Positions 18,653 to 29,748 of a DNA stretch of 64,000 nucleotides are shown piece by piece. Under the pieces are notes generated by a model that did no database searches, was not told the origin of the DNA, and saw only the letters and a program-made list of their open reading frames with translations. Position 1 is the first letter of the stretch, and every line of letters starts with the position of its first letter. Source of the stretch: Parvibaculaceae bacterium (lineage in GTDB: Bacteria > Pseudomonadota > Alphaproteobacteria > Parvibaculales > Parvibaculaceae); contig JBDNIY010000003.1 of NCBI GenBank assembly GCA_041688015.1, forward strand, positions 31,545-95,544, in the 5' to 3' direction. The translations under genes and the position numbers were made by a program.

Positions 18653-18931
18653 ATGGCACATAAAAAAGCAGGCGGTTCATCCCGTAACGGTCGCGACAGC
18701 GCAGGCCGTCGCCTTGGCGTGAAGAAGTTCGGTGGTCAGGCTGTGATCGTCGGCAATATCATCATCCGTCAGCGCGGCACCAAAGTGCATCCCGGCGACA
18801 ATGTCGGCATGGGCACAGACCATACAATTTTTGCAAAAGCCGAGGGCGTTGTTACCTTCCGCGCCAAAGCCAATGGCCGCACCTACGTATCCGTGACCCC
18901 GGCAGCGATGCCGGCTGTGGCGGCGGATTAA
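18653..18931 (+). CDS. rpmA: 50S ribosomal protein L27
   Basis: [29 protein letters not shown], the canonical L27 N-terminus. Confidence 0.95.
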   Translation: MAHKKAGGSSRNGRDSAGRRLGVKKFGGQAVIVGNIIIRQRGTKVHPGDNVGMGTDHTIFAKAEGVVTFRAKANGRTYVSVTPAAMPAVAAD

Positions 18932-18982
18932 GACACGCGAGGCACCGCCACCTCGCAAGGTGGCAGCCATCCAGTTACGAGA

Positions 18983-19011
18983 GGGAGATGGGTCGCCATC
19001 TCCCTTTTTTC
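18983..19011 (+). terminator. rho-independent terminator after rpmA
   Basis: GGGAGATGG (18983-18991), loop GTCG, CCATCTCCC (18996-19004), then TTTTTT. Confidence 0.8.
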
Positions 19012-19037
19012 GTACCTTCTCGGGGTAGGAGCCCCCG

Positions 19038-19589
19038 ATGGACCAGAGCCTGAAAGACGAAAATCTCAAGACCGACAGACTAGTCTTGAGAGCTTTCACC
19101 CTCGACGATGCGCCGCGCGTGCGCGCGCTTGTCGGCAATTGGAAAGTGGCCAGCATGTTGGCGCGCGTTGCCTATCCCTACGGTCAGGAGCTTGCGGAAC
19201 AATGGATCGCAAGCCACCCGCAAGGGCGCGCCAGTGGTCGCCACATGCCTTTTGCGATCGAAAAAGACGGCGAACTGGTTGGTTGTGTCGGCATGGACAA
19301 GGCCGATGAGGGTGCCGCCTATGAGATCGGCTATTGGGTCGGTGAGCCCTATTGGAATCAGGGCATCGCGACAGAAGCCACCCGCGCCATTGTCGGCCAT
19401 GCTTTCACGCAGCGACCCGTCACCCACTTGACGGCGGGCCATCTGGCTGAAAATCATGCTTCCGGCAGCGTGCTAACCAAACTTGGCTTTCGCTATACAA
19501 GTGAGACTGACCTTTGGGTTGAGGCCCGACACCGCAAGGTCCATGCGTTGCGCATGGTCCTGAAGCGGCGCAATGGACAAGACAAATGA
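19038..19589 (+). CDS. GNAT family N-acetyltransferase (RimJ/RimL-like)
   Basis: 183 aa with a GNAT core ([16 protein letters not shown]). It sits in the rpmA-obg position typical of alphaproteobacteria, and its stop overlaps the obg ATG. Confidence 0.8.
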   Translation: MDQSLKDENLKTDRLVLRAFTLDDAPRVRALVGNWKVASMLARVAYPYGQELAEQWIASHPQGRASGRHMPFAIEKDGELVGCVGMDKADEGAAYEIGYWVGEPYWNQGIATEATRAIVGHAFTQRPVTHLTAGHLAENHASGSVLTKLGFRYTSETDLWVEARHRKVHALRMVLKRRNGQDK

Positions 19590-20635
19590 AGTTTCTCGAC
19601 CAGGCAAAAATCTTTATTCGATCCGGCGACGGTGGCGCCGGATCGATCAGCTTTTTGCGCGAGAAATTCCGCGAGTTCGGCGGCCCTGACGGCGGTGACG
19701 GCGGCAAGGGCGGCGATGTCATCATCGAATGCGTCGATGGCCTCAACACCCTCATCGATTACCGCTACCAGCAGCACTACAAGGGCAAGACCGGCATGCA
19801 TGGCATGGGCCGCAACCGCCACGGCTTCAACGGCGACGACGCCCTGCTGAAAGTCCCCGTCGGCACACAGGTAATCGACGAAGACGAAGAAATGCTGATC
19901 GCCGACATGACCCGCGTCGGCCAGCGCATCGTCCTCATCAAGGGTGGCAATGGCGGCTTCGGCAATGCCCATTTCAAAACCGCCACCAATCGCGCGCCGC
20001 GCAACGCCAATCCCGGCCTTGAAGGCACTGAACGCTGGATTTGGCTGCGCCTCAAACTCATTGCCGACGCTGGTCTCATTGGCCTACCCAATGCGGGCAA
20101 ATCAACCTTCCTTGCCGCCACGTCCGCAGCCAAGCCCAAGATTGCCGACTACCCCTTTACCACGCTCACGCCCGGCCTCGGCGTCGTGGCCGTGGGCGCA
20201 CGCAGCTTTGTGCTGGCCGACATTCCCGGCCTCATCGAAGGGGCCAGCGAAGGCTTGGGGCTCGGTGATCGCTTTCTTGGCCATGTGGAGCGCTGCCGCA
20301 CGCTGATCCACCTCGTTGACGGCACGCAAGATGACGTCGCCGACGCCTATCAGGTGGTGCGTGGCGAACTGGTCGCCTATGGCGGAGAACTTGAAGACAA
20401 GCCCGAAATTATTTGCCTCAATAAATGCGATGCACTGGACGATGACGAGCGCGCCGAAAAAGTCAAAGCCCTCAAAAAAGCTGCCGGACGCGGCAAGAAG
20501 GTTCATCTCATCTCCGGCGTCACTGGCGAAGGTATGACGGCCCTCCTGCATCTGATCGCCGATGCCATCGCGACGGCCAACGCCGCAGAAAAGGCCGCCA
20601 CTGCACCCCCCGAAGAAGAAGGCTGGCGGCCATGA
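19586..20635 (+). CDS. obg: GTPase Obg/CgtA
   Basis: [19 protein letters not shown], a glycine-rich Obg fold, then the G-domain motifs GLPNAGKST and DIPGLIEGA. Confidence 0.95.
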   Translation: MKFLDQAKIFIRSGDGGAGSISFLREKFREFGGPDGGDGGKGGDVIIECVDGLNTLIDYRYQQHYKGKTGMHGMGRNRHGFNGDDALLKVPVGTQVIDEDEEMLIADMTRVGQRIVLIKGGNGGFGNAHFKTATNRAPRNANPGLEGTERWIWLRLKLIADAGLIGLPNAGKSTFLAATSAAKPKIADYPFTTLTPGLGVVAVGARSFVLADIPGLIEGASEGLGLGDRFLGHVERCRTLIHLVDGTQDDVADAYQVVRGELVAYGGELEDKPEIICLNKCDALDDDERAEKVKALKKAAGRGKKVHLISGVTGEGMTALLHLIADAIATANAAEKAATAPPEEEGWRP

Positions 20636-21780
20636 GCAGCGCATCTGAAGGCGCGTCCCTTTCCAGCCTCGCGCGGCTCAGCAAGGCCGAACGCGTGGTC
20701 GTCAAGATCGGCTCAGCTCTTCTCACCGATACGGAGACCGGCAAGCTCAACCGCCCTTGGCTGCAAGCCTTTGTCCAAGACATCGCCACCATGCGCGCGC
20801 GTGGTCAGGAAATGCTGATCGTCTCATCAGGGGCCATCGCGCTGGGCCGTCGCGCGCTGAAACTCGCGCCGGGCAAATTGAAACTCGAAGAGAGCCAAGC
20901 CGCCGCCGCCATCGGTCAGATCAGCCTTGCCCATGCCTTTCAGGAAATCCTCACCGCCCATGGCCGCAACTGTGCGCAGATCCTGCTGACGCTGGACGAC
21001 ACTGAAGAGCGCCGCCGCTACCTCAACGCGCGCTCTACCTTGACCACCTTGCTAAAATTCGGCGCAGTCCCCGTCATCAACGAAAACGACACCGTGGCGA
21101 CCAGCGAAATCCGCTACGGCGATAATGATCGCCTCGCGGCCCGCGTTGCCTCCATGATTTCTGCCGACTGTCTCGTTCTCTTGTCAGACGTTGACGGGCT
21201 TTACACCGCGCCGCCCTCAACACCGGGTGCCATCCATCTGCCCGAAGTCACCGAAATCACTACTGAGATCGAAGACATGGCGGGGGACGCCGCCAGCGAA
21301 ATGAGCCGGGGCGGCATGAAAACCAAAATCGCAGCCGCCAAGATCGCGGTCGAAAGCGGCTGCGACATGGCGATTGCCAATGGCCGCACGCTGCATCCGC
21401 TCCGCGCGCTCGAAGACGGCGCACGCTGCACATGGTTCACCGCCAACCACACGCCGGTCGCAGCCCGCAAGCGCTGGATTTCAGGCGGCCTGAAAACCCT
21501 CGGTATCCTGACGATTGACGATGGCGCAGTGCGCGCGTTGCATCACGGCCGCAGCCTGCTGCCTGCCGGCATCACCGCCATCGAAGGCCAGTTTGAGCGC
21601 GGCGACGCGGTTAGCGTGCACGATCTTCAGGGCCACGAAATCGCGCGTGGCCTCAGCGCCTATTCCAGCGTCGATGCTGACCTGATCAAAGGCCATAATT
21701 CGAGCGAAATCGAAGCATTACTGGGCTTTTCAGGCCGCGACGAGATGATCCATCGCGGCGATCTTGTCGTCAAAGCATGA
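20632..21780 (+). CDS. proB: glutamate 5-kinase
   Basis: [10 protein letters not shown], the amino-acid kinase fold and a C-terminal PUA domain. ATGA overlap with obg. Confidence 0.93.
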   Translation: MSSASEGASLSSLARLSKAERVVVKIGSALLTDTETGKLNRPWLQAFVQDIATMRARGQEMLIVSSGAIALGRRALKLAPGKLKLEESQAAAAIGQISLAHAFQEILTAHGRNCAQILLTLDDTEERRRYLNARSTLTTLLKFGAVPVINENDTVATSEIRYGDNDRLAARVASMISADCLVLLSDVDGLYTAPPSTPGAIHLPEVTEITTEIEDMAGDAASEMSRGGMKTKIAAAKIAVESGCDMAIANGRTLHPLRALEDGARCTWFTANHTPVAARKRWISGGLKTLGILTIDDGAVRALHHGRSLLPAGITAIEGQFERGDAVSVHDLQGHEIARGLSAYSSVDADLIKGHNSSEIEALLGFSGRDEMIHRGDLVVKA

Positions 21781-21895
21781 CCGCCTCCATCTGATGAGGC
21801 AGGCTCGCAGTTGGAACACTGGGATCTATTGCGGTAAGTTGTTCCCGGAGCGTTCAAACCTTCTGAAAGCCGCCCGAAAAACGAAAGAGATAAAA

Positions 21896-23191
21896 GTGAC
21901 TGTCGTCGATATCACCGCGGATAAGAAAACCACCGACATCGGTGTCACCATGGCCATTATGGGCGCGCACGCACGCGCCGCCTCTGCCGTTCTTGCCCGC
22001 ACGCCGACGAAACAAAAAGATGCAGGCCTACTTTGCGCCGCCATGGTCATTCGCGCCAATATCGATGACATTCTTGCGGCCAACGCCAAGGATATGAGCT
22101 CAGCGCGCGAAAAAGGTCTGTCCAACGCCCTGCTCGACCGGTTGGAGCTTGATGACGCCCGCATCGAAGCCATGGCCAAAGGTCTTGAAGACATCGCCGC
22201 CCTCGCCGATCCCGTCGGCGCGAAACTCGCTGAATGGGACCGGCCCAATGGTTTGCATATCGAGCGCGTCCGCACGCCGCTTGGCACTATCGGCATCATC
22301 TATGAAAGCCGCCCCAATGTGACGGCAGATGCTGCAGCGCTCTGCCTCAAAGCAGGCAATGCCGCCATCCTGCGCGGCGGCACCGAAGCCACCCACTCTA
22401 ACCACGCCATCCATGAAGCACTGGTCGAAGGCTTCATCGCCGCCAGCCTGCCCGAACACGCAATCCAATTGGTCGAGACCACCGACCGCGCCGCCGTTGG
22501 CGAAATGCTAACGGGCCTCAATGGGGCCATCGACGTCATCGTGCCGCGTGGTGGCAAGTCCCTTGTTGCCCGTGTGCAGGCCGATGCCCGCGTGCCTGTC
22601 TTTGCCCATCTTGAAGGCGTCTGTCACGTCTATGTCGATGGCGCTGCCAATCTCGATATGGCCAAAGACATCGCCCTCAACGCCAAAATGCGCCGCACCG
22701 GCGTCTGCGGTGCCGCTGAAACCCTGCTGGTCGATAAAGCCTGTGCGGCAACACACCTTGGCCCTCTCGTCAAAGCCTTGGCTGACGCGGGCTGCCAAGT
22801 GCGCGGCGACGCCGCCACGCAAGACGCAGACCCCCGCGTCGTCGCGGCCAGCGACAGCGATTGGGCGACCGAATATCTCGACGCGATCATTGCCGTGCGT
22901 GTGGTTGATGGCGTCAACGGTGCCATCAAACACATCAACAGCTATGGTTCGCATCACACCGAAGCCATCGTCACCGATGATCAAAAAGCCGCCGACACCT
23001 TCCTCACTGGCCTCGACAGCGCCATCCTGCTGCACAATGCCTCCACCCAATTTGCCGATGGCGGCGAGTTCGGCATGGGTGCTGAAATCGGTATTGCCAC
23101 GGGCAAGTTTCATGCGCGCGGCCCTGTCGGTGTCGAGCAATTGACGAGTTTCAAATATGTCGTGCGCGGCAGCGGCCAGATCAGGCCATAA
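21896..23191 (+). CDS. proA: glutamate-5-semialdehyde dehydrogenase
   Basis: ProA motifs are present ([34 protein letters not shown]). I chose GTG 21896 as the start because the ORF-track start at 21764 overlaps proB. The start remains uncertain. Confidence 0.88.
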   Translation: MTVVDITADKKTTDIGVTMAIMGAHARAASAVLARTPTKQKDAGLLCAAMVIRANIDDILAANAKDMSSAREKGLSNALLDRLELDDARIEAMAKGLEDIAALADPVGAKLAEWDRPNGLHIERVRTPLGTIGIIYESRPNVTADAAALCLKAGNAAILRGGTEATHSNHAIHEALVEGFIAASLPEHAIQLVETTDRAAVGEMLTGLNGAIDVIVPRGGKSLVARVQADARVPVFAHLEGVCHVYVDGAANLDMAKDIALNAKMRRTGVCGAAETLLVDKACAATHLGPLVKALADAGCQVRGDAATQDADPRVVAASDSDWATEYLDAIIAVRVVDGVNGAIKHINSYGSHHTEAIVTDDQKAADTFLTGLDSAILLHNASTQFADGGEFGMGAEIGIATGKFHARGPVGVEQLTSFKYVVRGSGQIRP

Positions 23192-23806
23192 TTGATGCGG
23201 GCAACACGCGGCGAGCTTCTCGCCCCCGGCATGACCGTGGGCCTCATGGGTGGCTCGTTCAATCCCGCTCACAACGGCCATCTGCATGTCGCGCGCATGT
23301 GCCTAAAGGCGCTTGGTCTTGACCGCATCTGGTGGCTGGTCTCGCCACAAAATCCGCTGAAAGGCACGAATGGCATGGCACCTCTTGCCACCCGCTTAGC
23401 CAGCGCCCATACCCTTGCCACCGCCTCTGGCGATCCGCGCATCATCGCCACCGACATCGAAGCACGCCTCAACACGCGTTATACCGCCGACACGATCAAA
23501 GCCTTGCAGCGCGCCCATCCCGACGTATATTTCGTCTGGCTGATGGGAGCCGATAATATGTTGCAGTTTCCCCGCTGGGCGAAATGGCGCGCCATCGCAG
23601 ATAGTGTGCCGATTGCGATCTATCCCCGACCGGGCTTCACGCTCAAAGCGCGCCTGTCGCCCGCCGCCACGATCCTGAAGCCCGTCACGCTGGACACCAG
23701 CGACAGCCACTTTCTGGCACATCTAACCGCCCCCGCCTTGGTCTTTCTGCAAGGCCGCGAACACCCCGCTTCTGCCACCGCCATCAGGGCAGGAAGCCTG
23801 CCCTAA
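23192..23806 (+). CDS. nadD: nicotinate-nucleotide adenylyltransferase
   Basis: GLMGGSFNPAHNGH nucleotidyltransferase motif and SATAIR near the C-terminus. The start is uncertain among the early Met codons. Confidence 0.9.
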   Translation: MMRATRGELLAPGMTVGLMGGSFNPAHNGHLHVARMCLKALGLDRIWWLVSPQNPLKGTNGMAPLATRLASAHTLATASGDPRIIATDIEARLNTRYTADTIKALQRAHPDVYFVWLMGADNMLQFPRWAKWRAIADSVPIAIYPRPGFTLKARLSPAATILKPVTLDTSDSHFLAHLTAPALVFLQGREHPASATAIRAGSLP

Positions 23807-24062
23807 AACCATGCACCAGCCTGCGCATTGATGTTAAAGGCTGTGCCCTCTATTCTCGCCAAAAGACGATACGGCCCGGCACGAAAATGCCAGACCGGTT
23901 TCGCATATCCTTTGAAGGAGCATTTTCCTGACCACCGCACCCAAGGCCCGCAAAGCCGCGCCCAAAGCGACAGCCACAAAGCCCGCCAAAGCCACAAAAC
24001 CAGCCGCTGTTAAAAAACCGACAGCCACGAAGAGGCCAGCTGCTGCGAAGAAACCAGTCGCC

Positions 24063-24695
24063 GTGAAGCCAGCCGTCGCGAAAAAAGTCGTGAGCAAAAA
24101 ACCAAGCCCGGTTGCAAAGAAACCCGCTGCCGCCAAAGCCGCGCCTAAGGCAAAGACCGCAGCCCCCAAGGCAAAGCCCACCAAAAAAGTGGTGCCTAAA
24201 ACGGCTGCAAAGGTCAAGGCACCCGTAAAGACCAAAACGCCTGTCAAAACCAAAACATCCGCCACGGCAAAGCCCGCGACAAAAGCCAAAGCCGCTGCCG
24301 TCGCCGCGCGCCAAAAGGCCATCGCCGCCCAGCAGGCCGCCGACCGCACGCATGTTGCGGCGATGCTGAAACTCGTTACAACGAGCCTCGAAGACGACAA
24401 GGCCGAAAACATCATCGCCATTGATCTCAATGGCAAAACGCCGATGGCCGACTATATGGTCGTCGCCTCAGGCCGCTCAGGCCGCCATGTCGCCGCCGTC
24501 GCCGACCATCTGATGCGCCGCCTCAAAAGCGAAGGTTTCGGGTTGGCCCGCGTCGAAGGCATGACGCAAGGCGACTGGGTGCTGATCGATGCCGGCGACA
24601 TCGTCATCCATGTTTTCCGGCCCGAGGTGCGCGAGTTCTACCGTCTCGAAAAAATGTGGGCCGCCGATATTCCCGACGACCAGCCCACCGCCTGA
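24063..24695 (+). CDS. rsfS: ribosome silencing factor RsfS with Lys/Ala/Pro-rich N-terminal extension
   Basis: The C-terminal ~110 aa ([29 protein letters not shown]...[14 protein letters not shown]) is a canonical RsfS. The AKP-rich frame stays open upstream to 23916, so the true start may be near 23928 (see findings). Confidence 0.85.
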   Translation: MKPAVAKKVVSKKPSPVAKKPAAAKAAPKAKTAAPKAKPTKKVVPKTAAKVKAPVKTKTPVKTKTSATAKPATKAKAAAVAARQKAIAAQQAADRTHVAAMLKLVTTSLEDDKAENIIAIDLNGKTPMADYMVVASGRSGRHVAAVADHLMRRLKSEGFGLARVEGMTQGDWVLIDAGDIVIHVFRPEVREFYRLEKMWAADIPDDQPTA

Positions 24696-24700
24696 TTGCC

Positions 24701-25189
24701 ATGCCCATGCGCATCGAAATCTGCGCTGTCGGGCGATTGCGCGCTGGTCCCGAAAAGACACTGATCGACGCCTACATGGCACGTGCCCAAGTTGCCGGGC
24801 GCGGTCTCGGCATCACCGGCTTCTCGCTCACCGAAGTTGAAGAAAAACGCCGTCTTGAAGGCCCCGGCCTCAAGACGGCGGAAGCGACCCTCCTCAAAGG
24901 GGCGGTCCCGCGTGGCGCACGCGTTATTGCGCTGGATGAGCGTGGCCGCATGGAAGGCAGTGAGGCTTTTGCCGCGCGCCTTGGCCAATGGCGCGACAAC
25001 GGCGTCTCCGATCTCGCCTTCGTTATCGGCGGAGCTGACGGTCTCGATCCTGAATTTCGCGCTTCCGCCGATCATCTGCTCGCCTTTGGCCCCATGACAT
25101 GGCCGCATATGCTAGTGCGCGTGCTGCTCAGCGAACAAATTTATCGCGCTGTCAGCATCCTTGCGGGCCACCCCTATCACCGCGTCTAG
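24701..25189 (+). CDS. rlmH: 23S rRNA (pseudouridine1915-N3)-methyltransferase RlmH
   Basis: The frame 24656-25189 is trimmed to [18 protein letters not shown] motifs are FVIGGADGL and GPMTWPH. Confidence 0.9.
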   Translation: MPMRIEICAVGRLRAGPEKTLIDAYMARAQVAGRGLGITGFSLTEVEEKRRLEGPGLKTAEATLLKGAVPRGARVIALDERGRMEGSEAFAARLGQWRDNGVSDLAFVIGGADGLDPEFRASADHLLAFGPMTWPHMLVRVLLSEQIYRAVSILAGHPYHRV

Positions 25190-25383
25190 CGCAAGTGCGC
25201 GGTAACATTGCACAGCATCAATGGTCTGATCATCACTTTGAACTCATTTATGCAACAAACCAGCATGATCGGCGGCGAAGAACTCTTCCATCCATGGACA
25301 CGATTCACACCTTCGACTAATTTCAAAGAACTGCACGCCTGAAGTGTCAGCAAGCGCGCCAAGGTTGGATTGTCTTAAAAAAA

Positions 25384-26982
25384 ATGAACGGAATGATCGG
25401 CATTCGCCCCCTTGTCCTTGTTCTTCTGGACGGATGGGGCATTTGCGCGGAGCGGGAGGCAAATGCACTCGCCCAAGCGCGCACGCCTGTCTATGACCGG
25501 CTCGCGGGCAGCTATCCCCACACCGTTCTGACGGCGGCCGGTCCTGACGTCGGCGTCGCGCCCGGCAAGCCCGGCAATGTGCAGGCAGGCTATATGGCAT
25601 TGGGCGCAGGCCGCCCTATCGAACAAGACATCGCGCGCGTCAACCGCGCCATTCAAGACGACGGCCCGCATGGCCTTGGCGCAAATCCTATCTTGCAAAA
25701 ACTCATCCAGCGCGTCCGGCCGTTGGGTGGCGCTGTCCATCTGATCGGCACGGTGTCGCCGGGCGGCGTGGCAGGCCATCAGCACCACCTCGCCGTGCTG
25801 GCTGCCATGCTGAGCCATGAAGGCCTCAAGGTGTTTGTCCACGGCATTATGGACGGCATCGACGTGACCCCGCAAAGTGGCATCACTTGCGTCACGGAAT
25901 TGCTCGACGACATTGCCGGTGCCGAACACGCCCAGCTTGCCAGCTTGACCGGGCGCAGCCTCGCACTCGACGAAACCGCTGATGCCGCCAGCATCTTGGC
26001 CACATGGAAAGCCATCGCCGACGCTGATGCACCGCGTACAGATTATCTTACCACCCATCTCGACCAGTGCTATGGCAAAGGTCTGAACGACGACCGCATC
26101 CCATCCGCCATCGCGCAAAGCTATCGCGGCATCCGGCGCGACGATGCGGTCTTCTTCGTCAACCTGCGCCCCGACCTTGGCACATCCTTGATGCAGGCTC
26201 TGAACGACAACGGCATTGGCAGCCTTCTGTCTGCCGCCAATTCACTAATGGCGCTCGACGGTGAAGGCCTCGACTGGGTTGAACCGCTGTTTGCCCCGCT
26301 CAAGCAGCCCATCACCTTGGGTGAAACGCTCTCGCAAGCCGGGCTCACCCAGCTTCTGCTCACCGAAACAATCGCAGAACGAAACTTCTCGCTCTTCTGG
26401 CGCGCAGGCACGAACCGTCTATTTGATGGCGAAACTCTTGCGCTAGCCGAAACGCCACCCTTGGCGAAAATGGAAAAGCGGCCCGAGCTTGCCGCCACCG
26501 ATCTCACCATCGAAGCCATAAACGCCATCAAGGCGGGCGAGCGCGATCTCATTGTCGTTAATTTCACCAATGTGGCACTGCTGGGGCGCACCGGTAATAT
26601 GCGCGCCACCATTGAGGCGGCGGAAAGCATCGACAAATATCTCGGCAAGATCGCCGCCCAGGTCGAAAAACGCGGCCTCACCATGATCGTTACCAGCGCC
26701 TTTGGCCGTGCCGAGAAAATGGCCGATCTCGACACCGGCAAGGACTGGCGTGGGCCCACCGCCTCCAATGTGCCCTTCACCCTTGTCGCACCGAATCTTG
26801 GCCACGCGCCGCGCAATGCCTTACGCTTTGGCACATTGGCCGACGTGGCCCCAACCGTACTCGCCCTGCTCGGCGTCGCAAAGCCCACCAGCATGACCGG
26901 CACCTCGCTGTTGGTCGGCCTCAGCACCGATCTTGATGACGCAACCGACAGTCTCCAGCGGCCCAACAGTGTTCCAGCCTAA
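25384..26982 (+). CDS. gpmI: 2,3-bisphosphoglycerate-independent phosphoglycerate mutase
   Basis: 532 aa with LVLLDGWGI near the N-terminus. It has the iPGM layout and precedes envC-ctpA as in other alphaproteobacteria. Confidence 0.85.
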   Translation: MNGMIGIRPLVLVLLDGWGICAEREANALAQARTPVYDRLAGSYPHTVLTAAGPDVGVAPGKPGNVQAGYMALGAGRPIEQDIARVNRAIQDDGPHGLGANPILQKLIQRVRPLGGAVHLIGTVSPGGVAGHQHHLAVLAAMLSHEGLKVFVHGIMDGIDVTPQSGITCVTELLDDIAGAEHAQLASLTGRSLALDETADAASILATWKAIADADAPRTDYLTTHLDQCYGKGLNDDRIPSAIAQSYRGIRRDDAVFFVNLRPDLGTSLMQALNDNGIGSLLSAANSLMALDGEGLDWVEPLFAPLKQPITLGETLSQAGLTQLLLTETIAERNFSLFWRAGTNRLFDGETLALAETPPLAKMEKRPELAATDLTIEAINAIKAGERDLIVVNFTNVALLGRTGNMRATIEAAESIDKYLGKIAAQVEKRGLTMIVTSAFGRAEKMADLDTGKDWRGPTASNVPFTLVAPNLGHAPRNALRFGTLADVAPTVLALLGVAKPTSMTGTSLLVGLSTDLDDATDSLQRPNSVPA

Positions 26983-28336
26983 TCGTCACCGGCTTGCCCT
27001 GACGCTGGCGTGTGCGCTTGTCGCCACCCTTGTCTCCCCGACGACCCAGGCCGAAGTCACCGATCCGTCCAAGCTCGAAACCTTAAAGCAGCAATTTGAC
27101 ACCAGCGTCGAACGCAAGAAGGCGCTGGACGCCCAAAGCCAAGCCGTCGCGCAGGATGTTGCCGCCACGCGCGCCAAACTCATCGCCACTGCCGCCAAGG
27201 TGCAAGCGCGCGAGGCCGAAGTCTCAGCCTCGGAGCGTCGCCTCGCCGACCTCAATGCGGCCGAAACGGCGCTGCTGGCCAAGCTCAAAGAGCGCCGCAG
27301 GCGCATGGCGACCTTGCTTGGGGCACTCGCCCGCCTTGACCGCAATCCGCCGCCAGCGCTGGCCGTCAAACCAGACGATGCACTGGGCGCCATTCGTGGC
27401 GCGATCCTGCTGGGTGAAGCCGTGCCCGAATTGAAGGCGCAGGCTGAGGAACTGAAAACCAAGCTGCAACAACTGATGAGCCTGCGCGATAGCATATTGG
27501 CAGAGCGCGAAACATTGGCTCAAGCCACCGCCTCGCTCGAGCGTGATCGCGCTGCACTAGAAAAATTGCTCGCCAACAAGATCGCCCGCCAGCAAAAACT
27601 GGCCGACGCCGCCACCAGCGAGGAAACCCGCGCCAATCGCCTATCGCGCGAGGCCACCGATTTGACGGATTTGATCGACCGGCTGGAAAACCAGGCGCAA
27701 TCTCGCCTGCCTCAAAGCAGACCCGAACCCAAGCCTGTAGCCCCACGCCCGGTTCGCGCCCCACAAGATCATGCCACCGACATGGCCAATACGGCCAAGC
27801 CGGGTGGGGCAGAGCTTACCATGCTGACGCCACCCTCCTCGCCTGCGGCTCTGCCTTCTTCGCGCCGTTTTTCTGAAGCAAAAGGATTGCTCCGCCTGCC
27901 CGCCACCGGCCTACTGGTCTCAGGCTTCGGCGCGTCCAATGGCGCTGGCGGCCATACGGAAGGCATGACTATCGCGACCCGCCCCAATGCACAGGTTGTG
28001 GCTCCCTTTGACGGCAAAATCGTTTTTGCAGGCCCGTTTCGCCGTTATGGACAACTTTTAATCTTGTCCGTGGGCGAAGGATACCATGTGCTTCTAGCCG
28101 GAATGGCTGAGATTGATGGCACAGTTGGCCAATCTGTGCTGGCTGGAGAGCCCGTTGGGCGCATGGACAGCAAAAATATGGGGTATGATCAACCATCTTC
28201 TGATGAAAATGCCAAATCCACGCGGAAATCCGCGACAGATGGAAAGCCCTCCCTTTATATTGAGTTTCGTAAAGACAGCGACCCGATCGACCCTCGACCG
28301 TGGCTAATGATGAGTGACAAAAAGGCGCGTGGATAA
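26933..28336 (+). CDS. EnvC-like murein hydrolase activator / M23 (LytM) family protein with coiled-coil N-terminal half
   Basis: Signal peptide LALTLACALVATLVSPTTQA, a long Q/A/E/L-rich coiled coil, and a C-terminal LytM domain (VVAPFDGKIVFAGPFRRYGQLLIL). The start is uncertain; GTG 26969 is an alternative. Confidence 0.8.
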   Translation: MMTQPTVSSGPTVFQPNRHRLALTLACALVATLVSPTTQAEVTDPSKLETLKQQFDTSVERKKALDAQSQAVAQDVAATRAKLIATAAKVQAREAEVSASERRLADLNAAETALLAKLKERRRRMATLLGALARLDRNPPPALAVKPDDALGAIRGAILLGEAVPELKAQAEELKTKLQQLMSLRDSILAERETLAQATASLERDRAALEKLLANKIARQQKLADAATSEETRANRLSREATDLTDLIDRLENQAQSRLPQSRPEPKPVAPRPVRAPQDHATDMANTAKPGGAELTMLTPPSSPAALPSSRRFSEAKGLLRLPATGLLVSGFGASNGAGGHTEGMTIATRPNAQVVAPFDGKIVFAGPFRRYGQLLILSVGEGYHVLLAGMAEIDGTVGQSVLAGEPVGRMDSKNMGYDQPSSDENAKSTRKSATDGKPSLYIEFRKDSDPIDPRPWLMMSDKKARG

Positions 28337-29665
28337 ATGAAAAAGTCAGTGCTAACCGGTTTCGCCGTTGGAACCCTGGTTTCGGCCCTTACCATATTTG
28401 CCCTCCAGACAGGCGGCTATGATAGCGCGGCCCACGCGTCCAATAGTGATACCTATCGCCAACTCAACCTGTTTGGCGATGTGTTTGAGCGGGTCCGCGC
28501 CGACTATGTCGAACCGACCGACGACGCCAAGCTCATCGAAAGCGCCATCAACGGCATGCTGACCTCGCTTGATCCTCACTCAAGCTACATGAACCCCAAG
28601 AGCTTCCGCGACATGCAAGTGCAGACGCGGGGCGAATTCGGTGGCCTTGGCATTGAAGTTACGATGGAGAATGGCGTCATCAAGGTCGTCACCCCCATCG
28701 ACGACACGCCTGCCAACCGCGCCGGCCTCCGCCCTGGCGATTACATCACCCATATCGACGGCAAGCCGATCCTCGGCCTTACCCTGTCAGATGCGGTCGA
28801 CAAGATGCGTGGACCGGTCAATACGTCCATCACGCTGTCTATCGTGCGCAAGGGCATGGACGAACCCTTCGACGTCAAGCTGACGCGCGATGTCATCACC
28901 ATCAAGTCGGTCAAATATCATCGTGAAGGCAATATTGCCTATATCCGCATCACCTCGTTCAACGAACAAACGGGCGACCTGCTGGACGAAGCCATGCACA
29001 AGCTGCAAAAACAGATCGGCGCGGCCAAGGTCAAAGGCTACATTCTTGATCTGCGCAACAATCCCGGCGGTCTTCTCGATCAGGCCATTGCTGTCAGCGG
29101 TGACTTCATCGAGGAAGGCGAAATCGTCTCGACACGTGGACGCCATGCCGAAGACACACAGCGCTACAACGCGCGTGGCGGCGATCTCACCAATGGGCGC
29201 CCCATCATCGTGCTCATCAATGGCGGCTCGGCCTCTGCCTCCGAGATTGTCGCAGGGGCGCTTCAGGACCACCGCCGTGCCACCATCTTGGGCACGCGCT
29301 CATTCGGCAAAGGTTCGGTCCAGACCATCATCCCGCTCGGGGCCGACGGCGCGCTTCGCCTGACCACCGCGCGTTACTACACGCCCTCAGGCCATTCCAT
29401 TCAGGCCAAAGGCATCGACCCCGATATTCAGGTCGAACAAGCCGAAGACCCCAAGCTCAAGAAGCGCATGTTGATCACCGGCGAAGCGGAGCTACCGGGT
29501 CATCTTGCCGTCGAAGACGGCTCCAAGGAAATCGCAGGCTCTGACAGCTATGTGCCCGCCGACCGAAAAGACGACAAACAGCTTCTCTACGCTGTCGACC
29601 TTCTCAACGGCGTGCGCAAGGATGCAGCCTTCAAAACCACCCCGGCCACCACAGCCGCCAACTGA
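28337..29665 (+). CDS. ctpA: carboxy-terminal processing peptidase (S41 family)
   Basis: PDZ domain plus S41 core (LDLRNNPGGLL, GGSASASEIVAGALQD, GTRSFGKGSVQ). Confidence 0.93.
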   Translation: MKKSVLTGFAVGTLVSALTIFALQTGGYDSAAHASNSDTYRQLNLFGDVFERVRADYVEPTDDAKLIESAINGMLTSLDPHSSYMNPKSFRDMQVQTRGEFGGLGIEVTMENGVIKVVTPIDDTPANRAGLRPGDYITHIDGKPILGLTLSDAVDKMRGPVNTSITLSIVRKGMDEPFDVKLTRDVITIKSVKYHREGNIAYIRITSFNEQTGDLLDEAMHKLQKQIGAAKVKGYILDLRNNPGGLLDQAIAVSGDFIEEGEIVSTRGRHAEDTQRYNARGGDLTNGRPIIVLINGGSASASEIVAGALQDHRRATILGTRSFGKGSVQTIIPLGADGALRLTTARYYTPSGHSIQAKGIDPDIQVEQAEDPKLKKRMLITGEAELPGHLAVEDGSKEIAGSDSYVPADRKDDKQLLYAVDLLNGVRKDAAFKTTPATTAAN

Positions 29666-29748
29666 TCGGGTTTGGCGCCAACTGATCGGATATGGCGAAT
29701 GGCCGGGCGTGACACTTGTAGTCTGGGTACATTTGCCGAAAGAGGATC

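Noticed and set aside
21764-21895. Upstream extension of proA overlapping proB
   Set aside because: The ORF-track start lies inside proB, and the extension has no ProA-like sequence. GTG 21896 gives the expected N-terminal length, though the exact start remains uncertain.
23834-24436. 200-aa and 167-aa minus-strand ORFs over the AKP-rich region
   Set aside because: They are the mirror image of the Lys/Ala/Pro low-complexity coding sequence (Gly/Phe/Ala-rich). The plus-strand frame continues into a canonical RsfS domain.
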